From assembly GCF_009914755.1 (NCBI RefSeq), contig NC_060927.1: 64,000 bases of DNA; one strand, given 5' to 3'. A model generated the notes under the pieces. The model was not told the origin of the DNA. It searched no databases and was given only the letters and a program-made list of their open reading frames with translations. The translations under genes and the position numbers were made by a program. Shown piece after piece: positions 43,666 through 56,529 of the stretch; positions within the stretch are counted from its first letter, which is position 1; each line of letters starts with the position of its first letter. Origin of the DNA: the human T2T-CHM13v2.0 reference genome, Homo sapiens.

Positions 43666-44785
43666 ATCTGATTTTGGATGTGTGTGCATTTGGAGATTTA
43701 GAAAGCATATGTGTCTCAAATAGAGAATTCACTCTTCAGTGCAGTAGGAAATGTGGGTTCGAGCTATTTCTGTTCATTAATAATAACAACTCTCATTGTC
43801 TGGTCATTTAATACGTAGGAGGCATTCTAAGAAAATTTACTTATCTCCTTTAATGTTTATAATAAGTCTGTGGAATACGCATTATTCCTATATGTTGAAC
43901 CATAGTGTGAAAAGAAAATTACCCATGATTTTACTCAGCAAGACCACTGTAGTTAGATTTTGAAGTCAGCATCTGTTATTAAAAAAAAAGACCACTTAAG
44001 CCCCTCAATATACCATTTTGTTCAATATGAAGCAGCAATAAATCAAGTGAATATGGAGTCTTCAAAAAAGCAAACATATACTATATAAAAAATGGGAAAG
44101 GAGGTAACATATATCAAGCATTGATATTACAAGAGTTGGGCTACCTTCTTGAAAAACATATGGATCAATTTTCACAAGAGATAAAAAATGTGTTACAAGG
44201 AAATAAAATATGGTGATATTCTAATGACTTCCCTTGAACACAACAAATCAAAAAGCTCTGAACTGATATAACCAAATAAAACATGAAAAATAAGGGAATA
44301 GGTAGATCCCATGCTACTATCACTTCTCTATGACATTCGTAGTAATTCTGTTTTCGAATGTAAAATGAAACTTTTGACTGGATGGTGGAAATTCTTTGTT
44401 GTTTTTGTTGTATGTACTTCAACTGGCATTGCTTACTGCTATTTCTGTCATGATAAAAATTGTAAACTACTTCAAAATCTTTAGCCATACGGGTTCCTAG
44501 GTGAATTTTGGAAAACTTTAAAACTGTCACTTACTCTATAGTCTTAACATTTAGCCTTCACTAATAACTGGTAAATGTGTCTTTTTTCTACAGCTGCACA
44601 GATATAGACCCTCTTGAATGCCATTTTAGCCATCTTCCTTTCTCTGTGATTTTTGTGTAAAACTCTCATCTATGGCCTTCAAACTAACTTAGATAAGTCA
44701 AATTCAAAATTGGTGGAAAGATTAAGTAAAATGCAAACTAATGAGGCAGTAAGACGGACATTTCTCAATTCTGTTCCTACCCTTG

Positions 44786-44893
44786 GTTAGTCAAATTATT
44801 ATTATTATTAAATTATTAAATTATTATTGCAGAGAAATTCTAGTTAGTCAAATTATTATTATTAAATTATTATTAAATTATTATTGCAGAGAA
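44786..44893. repeat. Imperfect 2 x 51-bp direct duplication with 6-bp spacer and internal (ATT)n blocks
   Basis: GTTAGTCAA(ATT)n...GCAGAGAA at 44786-44836 and 44843-44893. Confidence 0.92.
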
Positions 44894-45415
44894 TCTTGAG
44901 GACATGATACTTTTATGACTAATTAACAATTTCAGGTCAAACCTGAGACTCTATTTCTGATCATTATTGACTAGCTGGTATCAGACCAATCATACTGTCA
45001 ACAGCAATTAGAAAAGTTGGAAAAAATGCAAAACATCTGTCTGAAGACTGTAGAAAGCTACCCAACGAGATAGGCCTTGAGAATTATAGAGTTCTGAGGG
45101 TAGTTTAGAGGTTGAACCATGTCCCCTCAATTCATGTGTTCAAGTCCGAACCCTCAGTACCTCCCAATATGAACTTACATGAAAATAGTCATTGCAAATG
45201 TAATTAAATTAAGATGTATTCCTTTGAGAATAAGGAGGGTACCTATTCTGATATAACCATTGACCTTAAAAGAAGGGAAATTTAGAAACAGACACACAGG
45301 GAGAATGTCATGTGAAAATGAAGACAGATATTAGAGTGATGCTTTTATAAGCCAAGGAATACCAGATTGCCAGAATAACCAGAAGTTACAAGAGAGGCCT
45401 GAAACATACTCTTCC

Positions 45416-45866
45416 TGTGGTAGGAGGCAGGGACTCGACTCCGCTCAATATTGAAGACTAGCAGGGAAGAGGCAAAACACCTCTCCATAAGACATGCCCG
45501 TCAGTGTCATGTCAGTTTACCATTGCCATGGCAACACCCAGAAGGTACTACCCCATTCCATGGCAATGACCCAAAAGTACCACCATTTTTTTGAAAAATT
45601 CTGAAAAACTTGCCCCTTAATTTGCATGTAATTAAAAGTGGGTATAAATATGACCGCAGAACTGGCCCCGAGCTGCTACTCTGGGCACACTGCCTGTGGA
45701 GGATCCCTAGTACACATGGGGCAGTACCTCTGCTGCTGCTGAACACTGCTGCTTCAGTAAAGGTTGCCATCTAACACCACTGGCTCACCCTTGAATTCTT
45801 TCCGGAACACACCCAAGAACCCTTGCAAACTAAGTCCCAATTTTGGGGCTTGCTTGCCCTGCATCA
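45416..45866 (+). mobile_element. ERV1 (MER4-group, MER83/MER66-like) solo LTR
   Basis: TG...CA termini (TGTGGTAGGAGGCAGGGACTCGACTCC ... CCCTGCATCA); 4-bp TSD TTCC/TTGC; TATA box; variant poly(A) signal AGTAAA. Confidence 0.85.
45620..45650 (+). promoter_or_regulatory. LTR core promoter: octamer ATTTGCAT plus TATAAATA
   Basis: ATTTGCAT at 45620-45627 and TATAAATA at 45643-45650. Activity unknown. Confidence 0.55.
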
Positions 45867-46009
45867 TTGCCTCACAACTCTCAGAAGAAATCAATCCTCC
45901 ACACCTTGATCTTAGACTACTAAACCCCAGAACTGTAAGATAACTAACTTCTATTCAGCTAGCAAGTGTATGGTACTTTCTTAAGGCAGCCCAAGCAAAG
46001 TACTGCAAG

Positions 46010-46830
46010 TAGGGAAGCACATTGTGGTGCTGTTTTGCCTCAAAACGTTTCTTCATAAATAATAACGCAAGACCAGAAAGTCAAAACAGCTAAGCAGAAA
46101 GCAATAACTAAGATACTGGAAAACGAAGCCAAGTTTTTAGCAGTCATGTTACTGGAGAGGCAAAATTTGGTATTCCATCTTCCCAGACAGCCAGATTTGA
46201 GGGGCCAAAGTTCAGGAGAAACAGGAAACACATTGACATCGTATAGTGCCTTTCCTTTCAAGACATTTGAAGATTTGTCTGTGGAGTAAGAGAAGAGCCA
46301 AACAAAGCAGCAGAGTTGCTAAGAAGCCAAGCCAAGCTTTTGACAGTCTTCACAATGCTGGGCAGCCCCCAGGAAATGGGTGCGTTTTAAGATCCTGAGA
46401 GAAGCACTGTGAAAAAATATATCAAACTTTCAGTTATAGATCTATGATAGAAGTTAGATAAACAGGAAATAGAAAATTTCTCAAGTTTCAAAATTTGCTC
46501 AATTCCAGATGAAAATTACTCTAGTTTTCCCTATTTTAACTTTTGGTCATTAAAAAAAAAAGGGAGTACATCTTTTCTGGAAGAACATACATTGACCAGC
46601 ATTTCTGTAAATTCTGATAGAGTATTCTCAGCATTCAAGTAAAATGTAACAGGAAAGTTAGAAAACCAAAACGTTAAATAATAGAAACAGATAGACTTAC
46701 AGCTCATCCAGATATTGGAATGATCAGGTATAGAATTTTATAAAATCTTGATTAATAAAATGACAATATGAAGAATGTCTCTAGAGAATTGGGAAACATG
46801 AAATAGATTTATCGAATACCAAACATTATA
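46010..46830 (+). mobile_element. Ancient L1M 5'/ORF1-start relic (probably continuing from ~44960-45100)
   Basis: atagaaacagatagacttacagctcatccagatattggaatgatcag...gaagaatgtctctagagaattggg resembles the start of old L1M ORF1. Confidence 0.5.
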
Positions 46831-46964
46831 TTTCAATTTTATCAACAGAAATTTTTCAGTGAAAACAAAATTATGTGTTTTCTTATACAAGAAGTATAAG
46901 ACCATTATTTTATTTTATAAAGAATAGTCTGAAGTATAATTATTTAAGTTACCTAAACATTTTC

Positions 46965-47060
46965 ATCAAGTATTTCTCTAGGCATATCTCTACTGAGATG
47001 TATAAAAAACACATTAGGTACTCAATACTTAATGTCAAGAAATAAATGAATAAATAAATG
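46965..47060 (+). mobile_element. L2 3' tail
   Basis: cacattaggtactcaatact...aataaatgaataaataaatg. Confidence 0.5.
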
Positions 47061-50000
47061 GCTTTAAATAAAAATATTTATTCATGTTCAGAAATTAATG
47101 AAATTCTAAAACATCTTATAAAAGGAAAAAGGAGAAAAAGTCCTGAAAGAAAGAATGAAATGATGAGTTTCTTAGACCATGCAACTTAATTCCATTTTAG
47201 GTCGAAATTAAGACATAAACTGCCTGCAATCCCCAAAACACACTTGTAGATTACAGCAACCAGCTCTCATTTATTAGTTTTTGCCTTTCTGAATGGAAAT
47301 GTTGGTTAACTTTCCTCTATGCATCCTTGTTTGCTCTTGTGCTCATTTATCTCCAAGTACCATTCCCTGGGCAGCATCTAGCAGCTTGAAGTTGACCAAG
47401 TTCTATCTACTGCCCTACACTTGAACACTACCCATGCTTCAATGACCAAACCAAAATACGGCTCCTTCAGGAGCTTTCCTTGATGTCCCCAGCTGGAGCT
47501 GATCCCTTCTTCCTCTGGATCTTCTGGCATTTGGTCCCTTTGTTATGGTGCTGACTGAGTCCATCGCCATTTCCTCAAATGCCTTTCTAGTTGAATATTA
47601 AACAGGACCTCTACTTCAGAAGAAATGTATCCCTTTCATAATATCTAATTCTTATATATCATGGTTAGAGATGAAAACATTTTACTGTAAAGCATACGTT
47701 AATATTCTTTAATTCTAGAGCTATTTTTCTATAAAGTATATATAAAGTTAGAAACAGAGAATTGCAAAGGACAGGGCTATATATTTGCTTTTCAATGAAA
47801 AATAAGTGTTTGTCGGTTTGGTACAAAAGTCTTAAGAGTTCAGAAGTGTGAACAAGTTAAAAATTACATAAAGGGGGAAATGATCACAGAGAAATTTTGA
47901 GAGGTAGTGGTAATGGCAGTGAAGGTGGTGGCGGTGAATAATTAAGTCAGTACATTTATGGAACAGTAAGTGTGTGATTAATAAGAGATGAACTACGTAT
48001 TCAAAAATATTTCACATTTGAATCTTTTCTGATATAGGACTTTATTTTCTAGAGTCCACATAAAGACACTCCAAATGGCAAAGTCCACTCAGAAAAGATG
48101 TTTGAACAGAAAGGCAAAATATGGAATAACACATACAAAACTTAAGAGGAAATATAAAATGAGAAAAGACGACTAAAACTTTAATCTATTTAGTTTTAGT
48201 TCTTTGTTCTGTCAAAATTATTTTTATGGGTGAGGACAAGGCAGGGTAAAGCAGCATGAAAACCGGATTGTGAATTCTCTTTAGAAAGTCGGGATAATGA
48301 TAGTTTACCTCGGACCAAATCTGATAGTTAGCAGGACTTTTCTCCTCAGCGAACAAAGGTCTCTCTCTTCAGTGTGAGGGCCTAACTAATGCGGAGTTTA
48401 TGATAGACAATGAATGTTGATTCATCCCTCTCCTGCAAATTCAGGACACATCTGTGCTATTTCTAATATAAATTACATTCATCAGAGATTCATTTATCCC
48501 AAGTAAAGTGTTTTGAGGTCCTGTAAAAAAGCAAGTGCCTTGAGATTTCAAAGTCTCTAGTTCAAGTCCCAGTAGAAGGGAGATCTGTTTTTTCTTAGAC
48601 AGTGAAAATTGTTCCTGGAAAAGAACAGGATTCTCAATCTCTGATACTATATAGTATATACGGGACAGTTAAATATTGTCTTTTTTCCAGTATTAAGTAT
48701 AATTTCAGTACATGGTTCTGGAATTCCCCTTTCTGATGAAAAAAAATGGCAGATAAGCATAGCTAAAAACAAAATTAAAAACAAAACACATAGCGATGAA
48801 AAGTCTTGATATAAATTAAAGGTATACAAGATACAGACTGCTTAAGTGCCATCTCCTTCTTTCACTTCCTATCCCTACCCCATATTCTTGTTATCATATA
48901 AGTTGTTTATTTCTAAGATGCTAGCGTGAGAAGAATGTTTGATGCAAGCAACCTTCCCTTTAGCCTTTCAGACAACTCTTCCTACTCCACCATCTCCAGT
49001 TCACCCTAAGTCGTTTTCTGCCTGACCTCCATATCAGGAAACATATTGAAATGCTCAGTGAGGACCCAGATCTTAAACCTGGTGGTTACAAATTATGTGC
49101 CACCACATAGCACTCCCTACTCCAGCACTCATTTTTCTTCTGAGGGAATTTCTGACCCATCCATCTGTTTTCCCCTTTTGTATGCTCTGGGCCATCACCT
49201 GGTACCATAGGATACAGTGTTAGAAATCACTGGCTTTGTTCAGGTCTCCTGCTGATTTTGCTTTAGAGATGTGCAGTACAGAATTCTCTGATTCATTAGG
49301 AATGTTAAGGCAAGTGCATCTGCCCTCCTAAAGTATGTTCCACTGCTGACAGATAATCAAGAAGGTGAGCAAAGAAGTTAGTATTTGACATGCAGGATGC
49401 TGTTATTGGAGCAAAGTCTCTCATTCCATTAATACAATTGGTCATCACAGCACTTTTAGAGAAAATTTTCACAGCTTTAAGAACATGAAGCACATCTTCA
49501 GAGGAAGCTGAAAGAAATAACAAATTGAGGCCCAGCGCCTGCCCTTGGTCAGGTTGCCACAGTCACCAGGGATACTTTTAAATTATACAAATACATTATC
49601 GCCAAAACATTTTTACAAAGAGTATTTAGGATGTCCTGCCATGTGCTTCGTGTTTTCTTTCAGGGAAAGCACCTCTTTAGAATTGAACACATAAACCACC
49701 TGTCAAAAGCTGATTTTCTGTAGAAGGTTGTGAAATACTAGAGCTGAGAAGCAGCAAGGTACCAACATACCCATATGTGAATAATTTTGGAATATTTTTG
49801 GCACTGAAAATATTTTCTGTTAGAAAAGAGTATGTAATAAAACTGACTGAAAGGTTCACATTCTTTGTGAGAAAGGCCCAGCATGATGAGTTAGATGGAT
49901 AAGAAAATGATAACGCAGTGTGATTGAGTACCACTTGTGAGGAAAAGCTAACCTTGGCCTTTATATTTTTTTTCAACCATCACTAGAAGGCCATGATGGC

Positions 50001-50111
50001 TGTTGAGCACATGGCCGTGTTCTTGGTGCAAGAAGAAGAAAGAAGAAAATATAAACAAATTGACAAAACAAAAATAAGAAAATAAATAAAATAGCAATGA
50101 CACTTAGAATA

Positions 50112-50653
50112 TTGCTTGCTACTACTGCTTAGTGTAGAGGCCACTGGTGGCTCACAGGCCATGGTGATATTTATCAACCAAAGATATCGGCTGCATGTCC
50201 CATGACTTAAGCCACATATTTCTTCTCCTGAAGTGTTTCCTTTCTTCGCCTGTGACATCCATGGGCATGCACTACTCAGATCTTACTTCGAGAGAGAGCT
50301 TGCAGGGAGGGGTGCTGACAGCCTCCAGCTGCCTCCTCTTTGTGATCCAGCACAATGTTCATACCAAGGCCACATCTTTCCTGGGTTGCTCCCAGTCGAT
50401 GACTGATTGTGGCGGTCTTGGGATGTGCAGTCTTTGCTCTGAGCCTTCCCCATCAGCCTGCTAACATTTTCTCAGGCCTTTACTATAATCTGAGACTCTT
50501 CTTAATTCTTCTACCTGCCTCCATTAATTCCTAAGGGCTCTCCCTGCCTATTCCTGCTACATTTCCCAATATTCCTCACATATATTTTGTCCTACAAATC
50601 TTTTCCATGTTTAATTCCATCTTGGCACTTCTCAGAGAACCTGAACTAGCACA
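50112..50653 (+). mobile_element. LTR16-family (ERVL) LTR
   Basis: gctgacagcctccagctg...ccaaggccacatctttcctgggttgctcccagtcgatgactga...ttaattccatcttggcacttctcagagaacctgaactagcaca. 5' boundary uncertain. Confidence 0.7.
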
Positions 50654-50667
50654 CATGCTCAAACTGA

Positions 50668-51008
<341 letters not shown>

Positions 51009-51489
51009 TAAATCAAGACCAAGTTCTAATGCTATAACCTTCATCAGGTCTGTTCTAATTTTTCTAATTGGTTATATTATCTCATTCCTTGAACTCCTTC
51101 CCAAGAAAAAATTTGTATTTATTTTTTATGAGAGTTGTGTAAAACCTATCCTCTTTTATTTTAATTTGTCCCTTGCTTTATTTCTCTTATTAGAAGATAG
51201 ACACTGTTATGCTACTTTTAAAATTATTTATTCTTTCACATTTTTTACTACACTACCTGGCATATACTAGGCATTGATTGACTCTTTGCTCAGTTTAACC
51301 AAATGTATCATTACCATACTCTATGGGACACTTAGCCACTACACAGCATGGCCTGCTCATTCTCTTCAATGTATGCTATTTTCAAAGGGCAAACTTTCCC
51401 CCTTTATTCTGTGGGATTTTCTTGATATTGTATTTTAGTTACTTTTCAGTAAGGACTAACATATTCATAATTCTTTGTTGCAATTTGTC

Positions 51490-51805
51490 CATTTATCTTT
51501 CTTTTTATTGAACACTTGTATGTACATGGCCCTATGCTAGGTGATAACAAAGATGGATAAGACATAGTGCCTTGTCTTCAAACAGCTTAGAGTGTAAGTA
51601 GGAAACACCAATATTCGAAAAAATAGTAATACAATTTTTAGAAGTTTATGATATATGTTTGTACATGATTCAGTAGTTGCATAGAAAAAGAGATAGCCAA
51701 TCCCACATGAGAAATCAGAGGAGTCTTCATAGATATGGTAATAGTTTACATGAGTCCTAGGATACTTATAGAAATTTACATTGTACAAAACAGGAAGAAG
51801 TGCTT
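51490..51805 (-). mobile_element. L2 fragment
   Basis: tttattgaacacttgtatgtacatggccctatgctaggtg...ataagacatagtgccttgtcttcaaacagcttagagt. Confidence 0.7.
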
Positions 51806-51809
51806 GGTG

Positions 51810-52688
51810 AATGCCACGAATCACTCCCTCTCCCCTTGAGTAAGGTAAGATTTGCTCCCCCAACTGCAGGGAGTTCAGAAAGACGGTCCTCAGCTGACAG
51901 CCCTGTTTGGGATGGCCCCCAGTTAAAAATAATAAACAAAACAAACAACTTCAGCTAAGCGCATGCCTCTTTCTGGGATAACCCATCCCCAGTGACTGAT
52001 CAATATCAGGGTATAAATGTTCAGATCTCTCACCCTTAACTGGGACAACTCTGAAGATCTGGTCCAGCTGAAGAACTTTCTGTAGGGTTGGCTGACAGCT
52101 TTGTTGAGACTGAATCACTAACCAATTTCTCTCTCTGTCCAATCCTGCTTACATTTCCCCCCTTCCATAGGTTTTAAGCCCCAGAGCACTCTCTAACAAG
52201 AATCTTACGTGGAATCTAAAAAAGTCAAACTAATAGAAACAGAGATTAGAAGGGTGGTTACCAGGGTTTGGGAGTGTAGGTTTTGGTGGGGGGTGGGTGG
52301 AGGGAAGGGGGAAAGGTTGACCAAAGGGTACAAAATTTTAGTTATGAGATGAATACACTCTGAAGATCCAACATGCAGCATGGTGACAATAGTTAGTAAC
52401 AATGTATTGTGTGCTTGAAATTTGCTGAGAGGACAGATCGTAAGTATTCTTACCACCCCCCCCAAAAAAAAGAAAAGTAACATGTGAGGTGATGGATATG
52501 CTCATTAGTTTGACTGCAGTATTGTGATAATCATTTTACTACATATGTGTATCAAAACACTACATCATATACTTCAATATGTATAATTTTTATTTGCCAA
52601 TTATACCCCAATAAAGCTGGGAATAAACAGAATCCTGCATGCTAATTGCATCTCAGAATCTGCTTCTTGGAGAACCCAAATGGTGACA
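51810..52688 (+). mobile_element. LTR16A-like LTR split by an L1MA insertion (pieces ~51810-52204 and ~52626-52688)
   Basis: gggtataaat...actgggacaactctgaag...ccagagcactctctaa | cctgcatgctaattgcatctcagaatctgcttcttggagaacccaa...gaca. Confidence 0.8.
52205..52625 (+). mobile_element. L1MA8/9-like 3'UTR, 5'-truncated insertion
   Basis: gtggaatctaaaaaagtcaaact...tgcttgaaatttgctgagag...ttataccccaataaagctgg; flanked by AACAAGAATC / AACAGAATC (degenerate TSD). Confidence 0.88.
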
Positions 52689-53543
52689 AGTGCATTCGGT
52701 CCAGGCAGAGACAAGCAGCACAGGCAGAAGGATGCACATAAGATGGCATGGGTGATTTGTGGAGCCACAATTTTCTGATGAAAATGGCATCCCATCTTCC
52801 TGCGTACTTTAATTTCTATTGTTTTATTTATTTTTTACTGAAAAAATATATACACACACATATATAATTATACATCTAAAACCACACCTATATATACACA
52901 CACATATATACAGAAAATGTTCTTCACGTTTTTAAAATTTTCTCTTTCATGTGTTCTACAGCTGTGTAGCAAGGAAAATTCTAGGAAGTTCCTGTGAATC
53001 ATCGGATATTTTGTAATATCTATATTACTTTCACATTCTGTGAATGCTAAATGTGAGGAAATAGAAAAGGGAGCAGCAAATCTTGTTTGATTTTAGTAAC
53101 ATCGCAATAGTAGTACATCATTATTCCATCGGTTTTCATTCTCTTAAGGATTCAGAAAAACACACATCTCTGTAATGCAAAGACTAAAATTGAATTAGAA
53201 TATTTGAATTAAATTAAAGTTGCCTAGCTTTTTGAACTGCTTATAGATCATCTAAGCCCAGGAACTTCATAAAACCATAACCTCCCTAAATTTTTCTACT
53301 TGGAAAATTACTACATGTATTCATCTCTATTTTATGCCTCATCATTTATTTTAGTAAAAACACAACATCAGGAAGAGCATACAACAAATGGTGAGGCAGT
53401 CCTAGTCCAACTTGGGTCAATGCTGACGTTAATTTCTTGAGTGGAAGAGGCTCATGAATCACAGGACAACATACTATAGCCAAATATTTCCTATCCCACC
53501 TGTTACAGTCTTATGCTAACATCATTATTTGAAGTTACACCTA

Positions 53544-54029
<486 letters not shown>

Positions 54030-56369
54030 TCACAAAGATGTCTTCAAATAACCATATATTAATTAAAGGTTACCATTTTGGTCTCACATGTACTTTGCCT
54101 TCTCCATTCAACTACACATTTATAGATCTTTAAATCAACAACATCTCTAAAATTTGTTCATTTCCTACATTTGGGATTCAATTCTTTAAAATCAATCTGA
54201 TTGCAAGTTCAGCCCGAGAGACACATTCTGGTATCATCATTTAGCATAATGTTAAAAAGATAGAGAGATGTGAGAAAGAAAGATATGCATTTTGTAGGTG
54301 GTATGTACACAAGATGCAAATGAAGGAGATACAGGCAAAGCAAAACAGAGTGATTCTAATTTAGTGCTCAAATTAGTTTTGCAGATAACTAGACACTTGT
54401 CTCTCATTTTCAATCACTCCTCTGTAGAGCACTTTGATGGGCCATTTTGATAGCAAAATTATAGGCAATTAAATTTAGAGGGCTAATTTTTCCAATGATT
54501 TCAGCTTCAGAGAAATAAGATAGGAGATAGTTTAAATACATCTTATAAAATGAAATAGTGTTGTTTCAAAGGATCAAAAGCTTTGTCTCTTAGAGAGTGA
54601 GAGGTTCCTAGCCTTTGGCATGCATCACATTTTTTATGATAAACAGATGTTTTCAGGTCTTGGAGATTCATGACAGAAAAAAATTATTCTACCTATCTGC
54701 TATAAGGCTTTTTCTAAGATGTGAAGATGGAGAAGTATTTGACATTAGCTGTTAACCCACCTGCAGAGAAAACTTCTGCCGCATTTCATCTGTTGAATTG
54801 TTCACAGGATCCAGACTAATGTTTATTTGTTCACAATTAAAGATACCACCTAGTCTTTAGAGATTCTTCCAAAAAGACTGTCAGACAGTCTGCAGGATCT
54901 GAATGTTAAGCTGCTCTCACTGTTTAAATACTAGCTCACTATATACATTATGCCTCTTGAAGAGTGTTAAATTGACTAACTGAAGCAAAGTAAAAAATTT
55001 TAATTAAGAAAAAACGTGGCTGTCTTCCCACAGCTGCCTCAGTAGTGGCAGCCCTAAATGGTGTATTTATTTGCATCTTATTTTCTATGCATACTTACGG
55101 GAAACCATCACTGCAGCATTGAGATATACATCTAAATTTGTGTTTCTATGGGTTTCATCTGTCCTAAGGAATGTGGCGCATAATACCTGCTTATGCTAAA
55201 GTATGTTGGCTAGAGGCTCTTTTATCCTAAGAATCAATTGCATCCCTTTAGAATGCAAGGCTGCCAATAATGTATTCTGGTTTTTCATACCAGAAAATAA
55301 TGCAATTGGAATTATTGAAAGTAAAGCATACTGGAGAAAAGCACATGTTTTAAAACTGAAACGTAAGCAATACCAGCACAAAGGAATGTCTGGATGGCCA
55401 TAGTAGCCGTTGCCATGCAATCACATATTATTCTAATTGTAAGGGAGAGGAAAATAGGTTTTTAACTACAAAGGGACTCACTTAAATAAGCTTCTTAAGG
55501 GAATACTTAAGGTGAAGATATCTTAGGAATTCCAAGTAAAATTTTCTGGCAGATAGGCTGGGTAGAGTAGAGTTGTCAATTATTTTTCTTTGAGACATAA
55601 GTCTTAATATTAGGTTTTCTTGGTTATTTTAGTTCAAGTTGAATTTTTAAGAGTTTTCAAGTGCATTTTTGACATTTAGTACCTATTAGAGTTCCCTTTA
55701 AAGATATAATACTCTTGTGTCAGGATGGTAAAGACTACATTGTTTGCTTGAGAGACAGCTGTTCAGCCTCTTAGGTAAATATAGTGGAAGGAAAGAAAGT
55801 TGCAATTGTACACATTAAGTTATGTTTGTAACTATTCAGGTCAACCTGGAAAACATATATGTTTATGATTTTATGTTTAAAGCACTTATGAAAGAGACAG
55901 ATTATTGATTAAATAAAAACATGCAGTACTAGAATTGTGACTTAAAAATAAACAAGACAACACGAATACAACCAGTGACTGTCCTGAATTTAAGTATTCA
56001 GTGAACATTCACATTCAAACAACTCTAAGAGAGAATCAGTTAATAAAAATCACAGTGAAATAAAAAAAAGGCAAAAATATGAATTGAAACATAAAATATT
56101 CACAGCACTAGCTCTCTGTTTTCTAAGCTACAAAATGAATATTGCCATTGAATTCATCATCATTAAAATATGGCAGATTTGGAAAGAATGGGTTATTTTA
56201 CCAGTCAGAGGATCATTGAAACTCTTCTTTTCAAATATGTTAAAAGTGTATGTTCTGGACTCATTTATTGATTTCTTTGTTACACATAATACAATTTGAG
56301 AATATGTCAATCTTTGCAAGTGATGATTGTGTTAAAAATTTTAAGAATAACAGGATGAATGTCTGGGGA

Positions 56370-56510
56370 AAAATTACCCCTTTCTATTAAGTATATGAAC
56401 CTGGACATGCCATTTTACAATTTCTACCTTGGTTACCTCATCTACATTAAGTAATAATTGGATTTAGCTGATTACTAGAGTTCTTTACAACTCCAAAATG
56501 CTATTACCTG
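56370..56510 (+). mobile_element. MIR3/MIRc-like fragment
   Basis: ccttggttacctcatctaca...gattactagagttctttacaactccaaaatgctat. Confidence 0.45.
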
Positions 56511-56529
56511 GTAAGTTTACATTACTTTT

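Larger units (their letters stand above)
45102..46007 (+). mobile_element. MLT1B/C-like LTR split by an ERV1 LTR (pieces ~45102-45415 and ~45871-46007)
   Basis: gttgaaccatgtcccctcaattcatgtgttcaagtcc...agccaaggaataccagattgccag | ctcacaactctcagaagaaatcaatcc...caccttgatcttagac...cagaactgtaagata. Confidence 0.85.
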
